From NCBI RefSeq assembly GCF_036321535.1, contig NC_087437.1, forward strand, positions 71,054,001-71,118,000: 64,000 nt of DNA, written 5' to 3'. The notes beneath the pieces were generated by a model. The model searched no databases and was not told the origin of the DNA. It worked only from the letters and a program-made list of their open reading frames with translations. Position numbers and translations under genes: made by a program. How positions within the stretch are numbered: position 1 is the first letter of the stretch; each line of letters starts with the position of its first letter. The DNA is from Camelus dromedarius (lineage: Eukaryota). This document shows, piece after piece, positions 13,540 to 23,500 of the stretch.

Positions 13540-13830
13540 AGTATACTGGGGCCTCTGGGATTTGTAGTCCTGGCGGCGGCTGAGCGCGGGGCTCCTTGGT
13601 ATCTGTAGTCAGAGGCGCGCTCTGCGCATGCGGAAGCCGGTGCCCCGCGGAAGCCGGTGCCACGCGGAAGCCGGTACCACGCGGCCCTTTGTCTTGCTGG
13701 TTGCAGCCGCATCCGGGGCAGCAGTGTTGGACGTGTGGAGGGCGGCAGCCGGACCAGGCCCAGAGACCCTGTTCTGGGAAGGGACGCTGGAGAGACCTGC
13801 GGACTTCTTGCCTCACTGGGCCATGCGGTT
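13540..13830 (+). promoter_or_regulatory. ZNF80: CpG-rich promoter/5' leader of ZNF80
   Basis: dense CpG; ctctgggatttgtagtcc (13553-13570, reverse ACTACAnnTCCCA ZNF143-type motif), a second ACTACA half-site near 13604-13610, NRF1-type tgcgcatgcg (13623-13632), three CGGAAG ETS cores. Confidence 0.75.
13630..13684. repeat. 17-bp tandem repeat x3 (gcggaagccggtRccMc) plus 4 nt
   Basis: units gcggaagccggtgcccc, gcggaagccggtgccac, gcggaagccggtaccac, then gcgg. Confidence 0.95.
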
Positions 13831-13907
13831 TCCAAACTAGAGTGGACCTAACAGCTGAGGCACGGTAAGAGACGGGGAAGAGAGGCCTTCTGCTGAAGCA
13901 CCTGTCC
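13746..13907 (+). pseudogene. ZNF80: Disrupted, intronless KRAB A/B remnant in the ZNF80 5' leader
   Basis: across three frames reads QPDQAQR / TLFWEGTLE / TCGLLASLGHAVSKLEWT*, matching KRAB QLDLAQRTLYQEVMLETCGLLVSLGHPVxKPE; two frameshifts and a stop; no intron at the SLG A/B junction. Confidence 0.85.
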
Positions 13908-13988
13908 TTGCTACAGGGAGTACTGACTCAGGGAGCCAGAAGGCTCTCCAGATTGGGGCAAACCAGAGATCAGGAAGGGCTGTTTGAA

Positions 13989-14924
13989 ATGCAGGACGGG
14001 CACTTAAAGCCAGTTACAGCCTCCCACAAGGAGAGCCTCCTTATGGAAATGAGCTGGGAACCCAGTGGGCTGGGCACAGAAGATAGTCTGTGCTCAGGGG
14101 TTTCACAAAAGCGAGACTCTGCAGATGCTCTCCGTGAATGTGATTCACAGGAACCAAGTAAAGACACCTTGGTTCATGCAGGGAAGACCCTCTACAAATG
14201 CAAAGAATGCGGGAAACTGTTTAACAAGAATTGCCGCCTCGTTCGGCATCAGCGGATTCACACTGGAGTGAAGCCTTATGGTTGCCAGGAGTGTGGGAAA
14301 GCCTTTCGTGAAAAGGTGGACTTTGTCCGGCACGTGAGGATTCACACTGGGGAGAAGCCCTACAAGTGTGCAGAGTGTGGGAAGGCCTTCAGCCGGAGGT
14401 CACACCTCATGTACCACCAGCGGATTCACACTGGCCAGAAGCCCTACAAGTGCAGTGAATGTGGAAAGACCTTCAACTACCACTCCGTTTTCGTCCAGCA
14501 TATTATGACCCACACAGGAGAAAAACCCTTTGGTTGTGAAGAATGTGGGAAAGCCTTTCACTACAACTCTTCCTTAACTCGACACATGAAGACTCACACT
14601 GGGGAGAAGCCCTACAAGTGCAGAGAATGTGGAAAGACCTTCACCTACTACTCTGTTTTTTTCCGACATGGCCAGACCCATGCCACACAAAAGCCCTATA
14701 AGTGTAAAGATTGTGGTAAAAGTTTTTACTATGGCTATTCCCTCACTCGACACAAACGGAGTCACACTGGAGAGAAGCCCTATGAGTGCAGGGATTGTGG
14801 AAAGGCCTTTGCCCACCGCTCTGTGTTTGTCCGGCATACTAAGGCCCATGCAGAGAAAAAACCTTTGAGTGCAAGTAATGTGGAAGAGCCTCTTGTGAAA
14901 GCTTTTCTTTCCCTTGACATTTGA
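13989..14924 (+). CDS. ZNF80: Zinc finger protein 80 (intronless, KRAB-less, 8 C2H2 fingers)
   Basis: 8 complete CxxC-x12-HxxxH fingers (14193-14849), mostly TGEKP-type linkers; spacer [13 protein letters not shown] and finger signatures [33 protein letters not shown] match human ZNF80 as I recall it; synteny with DRD3. First in-frame ATG 13989 (311 aa); ATG 14049 (291 aa) corresponds to the human start; the listed ORF start 13908 is a TTG. Confidence 0.9.
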   Translation: MQDGHLKPVTASHKESLLMEMSWEPSGLGTEDSLCSGVSQKRDSADALRECDSQEPSKDTLVHAGKTLYKCKECGKLFNKNCRLVRHQRIHTGVKPYGCQECGKAFREKVDFVRHVRIHTGEKPYKCAECGKAFSRRSHLMYHQRIHTGQKPYKCSECGKTFNYHSVFVQHIMTHTGEKPFGCEECGKAFHYNSSLTRHMKTHTGEKPYKCRECGKTFTYYSVFFRHGQTHATQKPYKCKDCGKSFYYGYSLTRHKRSHTGEKPYECRDCGKAFAHRSVFVRHTKAHAEKKPLSASNVEEPLVKAFLSLDI

Positions 14925-15240
14925 GCCCTGCAATAGAGAAGCGCCCTGAATGCAGTGACTACACAAAAGCCTTGTGGTCCTCACTCAGCATCAGAGATCT
15001 CATGCTGGAGAGAAACTCTCCGAATGTAAGACACGTGGGAAGACCTTCTGCAGGTGGGCCTACCTCAGTCAACATCAGAGCGCTTCTACTGGGAAAAGAC
15101 CTTTCGATTATAACTGCTAAGGAAAACCGCAGGGCCACAGGAACTATCTTTACTTGGCATCTGAGAATTCATTCAGGAGAGAAGCCTCTTGGTTATCGTG
15201 CATTTAGAACAGAACTTCTGCCACAGCTCTCTCCATAGGT
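14861..15240 (+). pseudogene. ZNF80: Decayed additional zinc fingers in the ZNF80 C-terminal tail and 3' UTR
   Basis: shifted frames read [63 protein letters not shown]. Confidence 0.85.
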
Positions 15241-15538
15241 TATATCACTGAACCATCTCAGGAATATTTGGAAAAGAACGAGGAGGAGGGTGCTGTAGAA
15301 GAGAAAAGAAAAATGTATACATAGCTTCTCTCAGACTTTTTGAAAGCCAAGCCTATGAAGATTTGAATTTGGTTCTTTATTTTGAGGATATCTGAAAGGT
15401 AAAAGGGCCTGGACCCTTTATTTGTCTCATATATAGCAATATAGTAGCTAAGTCTTGAGCTGCTGTTGTATCCTGTCCCTGCCCAGGACTTCAGTCCTTG
15501 CCAACTCGGAACTGAGAGTTTTGGTTCCAGGAGCTGGA

Positions 15539-15539
<1 letters not shown>

Positions 15540-15586
<47 letters not shown>
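15540..15586. repeat. (TG)~23 microsatellite in the probable ZNF80 3' UTR
   Basis: uninterrupted TG run. Confidence 0.95.
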
Positions 15587-15591
<5 letters not shown>

Positions 15592-16189
15592 TATGTGTAT
15601 ATATATATTCACATCTGTCTATGAGGGGCGAGTTGGGCAGTTGAAGGATGCTCTATAAAGATTTGTTGAAAGCACTCTTTGTTTTAAAACATTGTCTCTG
15701 ATCTTGAGGACCATAAGTCTTTGTGAGAAACAGGCAGGCTTAAGACATTAAATACTTGAAACTTCTAAGAAATTAGAATATTAAAAATAACAGCCACATA
15801 AAATTATTTTCTGTTTAAGGAGGTAAGGATCCATATATGAATGGGCACATTTTACTGCATCATTTAAGACTATTTAAGGCTTTCGGGTTTTTTTTTTTCT
15901 TTTTTTTTTTTTAATCTCTTTCTTCAGGTGACCCTGAACACCCAGCACTTTCATTTTTTTCTGGACTTCAATACACTTGTTTGTTTTGATTCAGGGACGT
16001 GTTTTGATTCATGCTTGTGTAGCTGTGCAGCTTCCCCACGTGAGCCTTAATTCTCTCCTCCGTGATCTCCCAGCCTCCTTAGTCATGCCTAGGTAGAAGA
16101 GCTTCTCTAAACCGTGTCAGCAGTTTTCTAGAGGTTAAACTAGAGGTACAGCAAACCAGATAAAAGACAGCTAACTTTTAGCTAATGAA

Positions 16190-16760
16190 AAACTTAGGAA
16201 CAATTTTTAAATTAAAAAAATGCATACAGTGTATTAAAATGTAAAAATGCAGACCCTTTGACATTTAATTCAATTTCTAGAAATTGAGCCTAGAGAACTG
16301 TTCTCACAAATGTACAGATATGTGGACAAAAAAATATCACTGTGATTTTGTTTTTATATATGAAACAAAGGTTTTATATTGTTTTCTTTTGAATATCTTG
16401 AAAATGTTTTATGTTGAAAACAATCTAAATGTCCATCAGTAGGGAAGTTACGGTACATCTGTTCTATGAAATACTGTGGAACAGTAAGGTATCTCTGTAT
16501 ATTGCACTGTTAAAACATCTCCCAGGTCCAGTGTTAGGTAAAAGAGCAAGTTGCAGGAAATAAGTCTAGATCTGGAAAGATGGCCTTGACACTGTTAACA
16601 GTGACTATCCATGAGGAATGAGATGGATCAGGGTTGTAGGGAACTTTCAGTTTTTACTTTATATAGTATACTTTATATATACTATATTGTTTGCAGTTTT
16701 AAAAAACAAAGAGTGTGTATTCTTTTTGCAATAAATGTTTTGAATATTTTAATAAAAATG
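16190..16760 (+). mobile_element. L1ME-type 3' fragment; contains AATAAA at 16730 and 16751 (possible ZNF80 polyA signals)
   Basis: accctttgacatttaattcaatttctagaaatt, aaacaatctaaatgtccatcagtaggga. Confidence 0.7.
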
Positions 16761-17713
16761 GCACCTTGAGGTAAAAGTGACTCCTCTTATTTCTTATAAA
16801 ACATGAATTTTATTACAGGATTTTTAAAGTCCTGGTGTTACTATGCCTTAAAAAATAAAAGCAGCTGAAGATAAGAATTCAGAGCTACTTGGCCACACTT
16901 AATAAATGATAAGGTAGTTTAAAAATCAGTCAACACATACATAGAATAATACACATGAAAACTGAGTATTCAGCATTGCCACTCTTCAATGAACATTTCC
17001 TTTAAAACCCTAGTAATTTATAAATGCCCTTTAACAAGTGGTTAGATTTTAGGTGTCAGGTTTTTATCTCCTAGGAGTTGATCACAAGGAAAGTACTTTG
17101 GTGTTAATGTCAATATGTTGTGTGTACACACACACATACACACACATACACACACACGTCTGCTGGCCTCAGCTGATTTCTAAATGTTTGCTGCCGTGTG
17201 AATGGGGTTTGGTGATGCTGGATTTCCTTTCAGACTCTGTGACATATGTTCATGTTCTGAATGAAGAGAAGCGTAGCTGCTTTTTTCCAATACAATATTC
17301 AAGCCAAGCAATCACACGTAGTTTCCAGTAAGGAAAACAAGTTTGATACCCGCTGGTTCTACCTTATGATTTGCCTGTGCTCTCCCTCACAGTGTGTGTG
17401 ACTACTTGTTAACATTATTTCATTGGGGATTATATACCATCAGAAATAGTTTCCCTGTTTAGAAATAAACAAGGAGTGGCCTTTTCCCACAAACAAACCT
17501 ATAAGCCACAGGTAAAATTCTGTTCAGGTATTTCAGCTGAAGTAGTTTGCCCAAAGGAGCTGCCCCGCAAGAGACTGATTTTGTGAGTTTTGTTCTCTAG
17601 CAAAATCAATTGGCAGCTATGCCATGATATAAGTAAATTCTGCCCATTTGGGGTCCGTTCCTGAATGTGAACTGTGAAGGGGAAGTAAAGAAAACCTTAC
17701 TAGCTTAGGAGAG

Positions 17714-18057
17714 TGTCTTAGTTTGGGCTGCTGTAATGAGGTACTATCAGCTGAGTAGCTTATAAACAGGAGAAGTTTATTTTCACAGTTCTGGAGATTG
17801 GGAAGTTCAGATCAAGGTGCTGGCAGAGTCGGTGTCTGGTGAGAGACCATTTCCCGGTTCATTAGATGACCGTCTCCTCACTGTGTCCTCACGTGGTGGA
17901 AGGGACAAGGGAGCTCTCTAGGGTCTCCCTTATGAGGGTAATTATCCCATTCATGAGGGCTCCATTCTCTGACCTAATCACATCCCAAAGACCTCATCTC
18001 CAAATACGATCACATATAAGGGCCCAACATAGGAATATTGGAGAGAGACCTATAGCA
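17714..18057 (-). mobile_element. MLT1A-like solo LTR
   Basis: tgtcttagtttgggctgctgtaa...cacagttctggagattgggaagttcagatcaaggtgctggcag...cccattcatgagggctcc...tatagca; flanks gagag/gaggg (4/5 TSD). Confidence 0.9.
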
Positions 18058-18749
18058 GAGGGGAAAATACCATCTAGAGGTCTCCTTTCTGTGAGAGTCA
18101 CTGAACAGCCTCCTCTGGTCACACAGGTGCAGACTAAGCAGACTTAGGAGTAAGTGCCCACTGTTCTTAGACAAGTCAATTTAAAGGGCAGCAGGGCTCT
18201 CAGGAGGAGAGGTTGAGCTTCATGATAATGCCTTTGAGACATGTGAGCAGTCAAGGGGCTAACTAGAAAAATGAGAGGAAATGTCCATATTTAAATTCCA
18301 AGTTTGTCCTTGTGTGGGACAAATATCCATGGAATTTTTCAAGGCAAAATTCAACAGCAATACGTATGGCAATGAAAAAGTAACTGCACTGGGTGGTATA
18401 AACTGCATTTCGTTTGTCGCTACATTTGGCATTAGAAGAGGACTAACCCACTTGGAAGTAAGTACTCAATGTTCTTTGTCAGTTTAATCCAGGGGGCATA
18501 AGAACTGTCAGAAGAATGCTAAGCTTCATAATAATGAGGCACGTGGGACGTGTGAACAAGTGGCTAATTGGAAAAATAAAGGAGAAATGCTCATATTTAA
18601 ATTCCAAGTTTGGAGCAGTTCATTCAGCTTCCAGGGGAAAGGGTGTTTTCTTAAAGCTAATGCAATGTAGAGCTTTTGAGATGTAACTCTTTAGAGGGGA
18701 CTTTTGGCTTGTTAACTACTTTTCAGTGAAGGATTGTGAATGTGTACCT

Positions 18750-20030
18750 CTCATGTCCATTGATGCTGTTGAGAAATCAGCTGTCAGCTTATCATTCCTT
18801 TATAGGTTATTTTTCTTTTCTCTGTAGCTTCTTTAAAGACCTGTTTATCTTTGATACTCCATCATTTTAATATGATTAAAATATCTAGGTGTGGTTTTCT
18901 AATTTATCATGCTTGGTTCTCATAAGAATTTCTGAATCTGAGGATTCCTGTATTTATCAATTCTGGAAATTTTTCATTCACTATCACTCGGGATATGCAT
19001 CTCCGCCATTATCTCTATTACTGCTTTCTGTAATTTCAACTAGGTGTATATTGTACCTTCTCACTTTATCTTCCCTTTCTCTTTAATTTACCACCCATAT
19101 TTGCAATCTCTTTGTTCCTGTGAGCTTTCAGAGTAATCTGAAAATATCTATCTTCGCATTCATTAACTCTCTTTTCACCTGTGCAACTGAAACTTTCAAA
19201 TGCCAGTCTTTATATTTTTCATTTATACAAGTTCTAATTGATTCTTTTTAAATAAATATTGTCGGTAATTTCTTATCTTTTCAAAACTTCTATCTTATAT
19301 ATTGTATCTGATTTTTCTAATATCTGAAGTTTTTAAAGTTCTGATTCTACTTCTTGATGTTTCTCTTGATGTCTTCCTGTGACATCTTATTTCCTCATTT
19401 ATTTTGTGATTTTTAATTTTGAGCCAATGTTAATTGGAACTATAACTGCAGGAATTTTTTGAGGCCTGAAATCAAAGTACGTGCTTTCGGAGAAAATTCA
19501 CTTTTGCTCCAATCAGGCACTTGGAAGCACTAAGCAACTCAGATTATTTTGAATTCTCACCTTGGGATTTCTCAGCTCCTATTAGTGGTGGGAATTCTAG
19601 CCTTAAATCCAATGACTAACTCACGGTTATGAATTTCTCAGGAGAAATTTACCCTTCCTTGTATCCCAAGGGTGAGACAGGCAGTTGTATTTACTGGGCT
19701 TCCTTTGAGAGGCGCTATTTTTTTTTTTTTTTTCTATCTCCTGTTTTCACTAAGGATGTCATCTTTTGGTAACACTAGCTTTAGGCAAGAGTCTTTGGTC
19801 CTATTTTCCACCTTGCTAACACCTGGAGATTTGTTTCCTCTCTCCCAAATGTAGTTTTCTCTGATTTCTGCTTTCTTGTCATTTTTGGCCTCTAGGAATT
19901 TTCCTTTCTTGCCAATACAACTATGCATTTTTTAAAATATATAATTTTTCCAATTTTACATTCTTTTTTAGGTGCTCTGCACCAGAAGGATTTTTTTTAA
20001 TATCTAGTATTCCATATTGCCAGAAACAGA
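18750..20030 (-). mobile_element. Ancient L1 5'UTR/ORF1 region (L1ME-type)
   Basis: gctgttgagaaatcagctgtcag, tcaattctggaaatttttcattcactatc; T-rich antisense ORF1 composition. Confidence 0.7.
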
Positions 20031-20064
20031 ACTTCTATTTTTCATTTAGTTAGTTTAGCTATAT

Positions 20065-20355
20065 CAGGTTTCCCCAGCCTTTTACCAAACGGTAAACTTT
20101 AACAAAAAAAGAATTGACAGACATAGGCTTGCCAACTTTTTATTTTGTAAAGTAACATTTAAAACAAACAAACAAACAAACAAACAAAAACCTAACAACC
20201 TCCTACTGACATGATCATTCCACAGTGGAAATTCGGGCAGACAGATTATGAGAGAAACAGCCTTTAACTTAAATTTATTTTGCATTTGGCTGAGATTGGT
20301 GACAACTTTGTCATACGCCATCACTGGTCCATGGACTAGCATTTGGGAACCACTA
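20065..20355. mobile_element. Non-autonomous hAT-Charlie DNA transposon
   Basis: imperfect TIRs caggtttcccca...tgggaaccacta; flanks agctatat/agctgtgt (6/8, hAT-size TSD). Confidence 0.6.
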
Positions 20356-21364
20356 AGCTGTGTCACATTCCATGAAGACTGGTCCATCTGAAAGTGTAAA
20401 CGCTATTAACCAGAAATTCCAACCACCAACATCAAGTCAACTGTCAAGTGGGCTAATGCCATTGAATTTATTTGTTTGCAGTTGAGCAAAGAACTCTCAA
20501 TTTATAAAAGAAAGAAATAAAGCAGGAGATGTGAAGTCTAAATCTTGAGTCCCACCTCCACTAGGAAAATCACTTACCCTCTTAGCCTCGGTTTCTTCAT
20601 CTATGACGATAATATATTATGCATATGAGTATTTTGAGGATTAATAGGAAGAATGTCCATTGAGGTTATTAACTTCTCTGTTGGTGCCCCCCTTACAAAA
20701 TACAAACTGAATTCCCCAAAAGGAGTAAGCGCCAAACTCCACACAACAGAACTTTCTTTTCAGCATGGATTAGAACAGGCAATGTGTTCCATGGGTTCCT
20801 TTCATTGCTATCACGGAGGACGAATTTTGGGCCAGCTAAGACTTCTAAGAGAATAAAATTTACTAACAAGCATGATAACCCCACCAAAATTTAAACTCCA
20901 CGGAAGCTGGGACTTTGTTCATGGCTGTTTCTCCAATACCTGTAACAATGCTTAGCACATTGTAATTGTTCACTAAATGAATGAGGAATAGAAAACAAAT
21001 CAGAGCCCTATTTTTAAAAAATGCACCACAGTAAAACCACTGCCAAAATTAGCCAAGAGGAGCAGAAATCCTGTATTCCTCATCATAGTCTTCCCCTCAT
21101 CAATCCCCTTGCCCCCTCCCCTCCCCAGCCTCCCCACCAGGCAGTGTGTCTCCAACAAGTTCTGCACAGTCTCGGAGGAAGAACCTGACTTGGGAGAAAA
21201 CAGGCAGAATTCAATTCAATATGTTGAACCACCTTTTCAGAGTCCTTGCAATCTGTGCACAAGTCTGTCATGCAAGAACTGTTTGTACAGTGCTCAGTGC
21301 TGGCTCTGAAGGCCTATAAGAGCATCAATCAACTGCCTAGGAGATGGTCAGCTAAAAGCTATGA

Positions 21365-21590
21365 ATAATAATGCTAGTTAACATTCACTGAGCAGTTTCA
21401 TTATGCCAGGCTCTCTGCTAATGGCCTTATATGGATTATCTCATTTAATTCTCAGAGCAACCCACCAAGTTATTTTTATCCCCATTTTTTAGACAGTGAA
21501 TCTGAAGCTTAGAAAGATGAAATAGCTCTTTAGGGGTCACACAGCTAATATTCTGTCTGCAAAATCCACGCTCTTAATGATGGCACTGTA
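21365..21590 (-). mobile_element. MIR SINE
   Basis: atctcatttaattctcagagcaaccc...ttatccccattttttagacagtgaatctgaagcttaga. Confidence 0.8.
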
Positions 21591-21799
21591 TATAATATAG
21601 ATTTTTATACCACTTCAAAGTCTTGGGCACAGGTCCTATATAAGCATATCCACATTGTGATGTAACTTGTCTCAAATAAATCTATTCCCTTTGATTTTCT
21701 TATACAAGGATATAAGTTGAAAAGATAAATATGAAAAAAGTAAACCAAGTCAAAAGTGAAAATAGTTTGACATAACTAGAGGAGAGAGAAAGAACACAA

Positions 21800-22320
21800 C
21801 CGTTCTTTCTCATATTTTCATCTTCCTCCTCTAAATATCTCTGTCCTATCCCTGCCTCTTCTTGATCATCAGCACCCTCTGATTTATTTTCATTTCTTCA
21901 CTTTACCACCACTGCAAAAGCTTCCTACCTGGTCTCCCAGCATCCACTTTTGCCCCTCCCCATTCTATCAGTCCTTTAAGAAAGAAAGAAAACATGAGAC
22001 TAATAACAAATATGATCTGATCGTGCCCAGCCTCCCCTTTATAACCCTTCTCAATGGCTTCCTTTCCCCCTAGGAGAAGACAAAATTCCCTAATGGGTCC
22101 AATCAGGCCCTACCCATCCCTCATGCCACCTCTTGTTACTCCCACTTCAGCCACAGGGCTTGTGCACATTCTGTTCTCTCTGCTGATCTGCTCTTTCATC
22201 GCTTGTCCACCTGGGGAGCCTGACTCCTGGCCAGTGCATCTCCGTGCAGAGCCTGCCTGAGCCTGCTGCCTGACAGGGACTCAACAAACGGGGTTAAGTG
22301 TGTGAATAAAGGAATGCATC
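21800..22320 (+). mobile_element. L2 fragments
   Basis: gcttcctacctggtctcccagcatccac, aacccttctcaatggcttcc, degenerate L2 tail. Confidence 0.6.
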
Positions 22321-23039
22321 TATGATGGTCCACACCCCAGGTCTGTTGGCATCTAGTTTTCATTCTGAATATTCCTGAATGATGAGGCTGGGGTTCTTTC
22401 ACCTCCTGCCTCTGTCACGATTAGCTCAGAATCTGGGTCAAACTGGGCTGCAGATGGGGCTCATGGCCCAATCCCCATCAGGGGAGACAAGGGCAAAGCC
22501 TATTTCAGAAGGAAAGCTGCCCAGTAAGGTAATCAAATTGAGTGATCTGTCTCTCAGGAAATCTTGAGGCTAAAATCAACCAGCGAGTGACCAGGAAGTT
22601 GGGTGGTATATGTATGCCCTCCTGATTAGTTCAGCAATGGGTCAATATCATGGCTTCTAGCAGAATTAATCAGAATAGCCAGGTGGCCATTCCTGACTTC
22701 CTGCTCTTGAAATCTCAATAGCTTTCTCTTCCACTGAGGCTCTGCTACATCTCTGAATTCTGTACCCTCATTACTCCTTTCACATCTCCCATCGCACTCT
22801 TAATACTCTGTTGCCTGTGCCTGGCCCTTCCCATCACACCTTGTCAACTCCAGCTCCCACAACCTTTGAAAAAGTACTCAGGTTCGCTCAAGTCCCTGAC
22901 CCTCCAGGGCCAAAGGATCCTCATCCTATTATATCCCCAGGTCCCTCATCCTATTAATTAAAGCAGTGGGAGTTGGGTATGTTCTTTGGGCTTTCTATCT
23001 CCCCATAGCACCTGATTAGACCTAGGGGGGATATGCACC

Positions 23040-23500
23040 TGTAGTGGATACTGTAATTAGCTTGCTCCAAATTTATTCTAACCTCCTCCTAGTGTGCCTT
23101 CCTATGCTGAAGAGTCCAGAAAGCCAAAAACTACATTTCCCAGATTTCCTTGCAGCTAGGGTTCCAGAAAGACTCAATTTTCCCTGGATAAAGCTGAAAG
23201 GAGGGAGAGAGAGCAGCCAACAATTTGCTGGCGTGGACTGAGGCAGAGGCAGCGTGTTCTGGAGTCAGCAGCTTCGTAATTCAGCAACCTCCTGCAGCAG
23301 AAACGCAACTGCTCTGATTAGAGCTGAGAAGTAGATGTCTCTGGGGCTGGAAAGATTTCTGGAAGCTCATCCTGAAGCCAGGTCTTCCAGCCCACAAGTA
23401 ATTTTGTAGTCACTAAATATCTACTAATGTTAAGATCTAGAAATATTTCTGCTTAAATCGTGAATTCAACTAGAACGTTTCTGTTCTATGAAGCTGAATC
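23040..23500 (+). mobile_element. ERVL LTR (LTR33-like)
   Basis: starts tgtagtggatactgt; aaaactacatttcccagatttccttgcagctaggg; tttctgcttaaa near the end. Confidence 0.7.

Noticed and set aside
13630..13684. CRISPR-like repeat
   Set aside because: Head-to-tail units with no spacers, in a mammalian genome.
13503..13868. Several overlapping ORFs on both strands
   Set aside because: By-products of GC-rich promoter sequence and the broken KRAB; no independent coding signal.
13865..13915. Possible mini-intron (gtaaga...ctacag) restoring a KRAB-finger fusion
   Set aside because: Only ~51 nt, below normal mammalian intron size, and the KRAB stop and frameshifts lie upstream of it.
14574..14984. 136-aa antisense ORF and other ORFs overlapping ZNF80
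   Set aside because: Typical shadow frames of C2H2 arrays.
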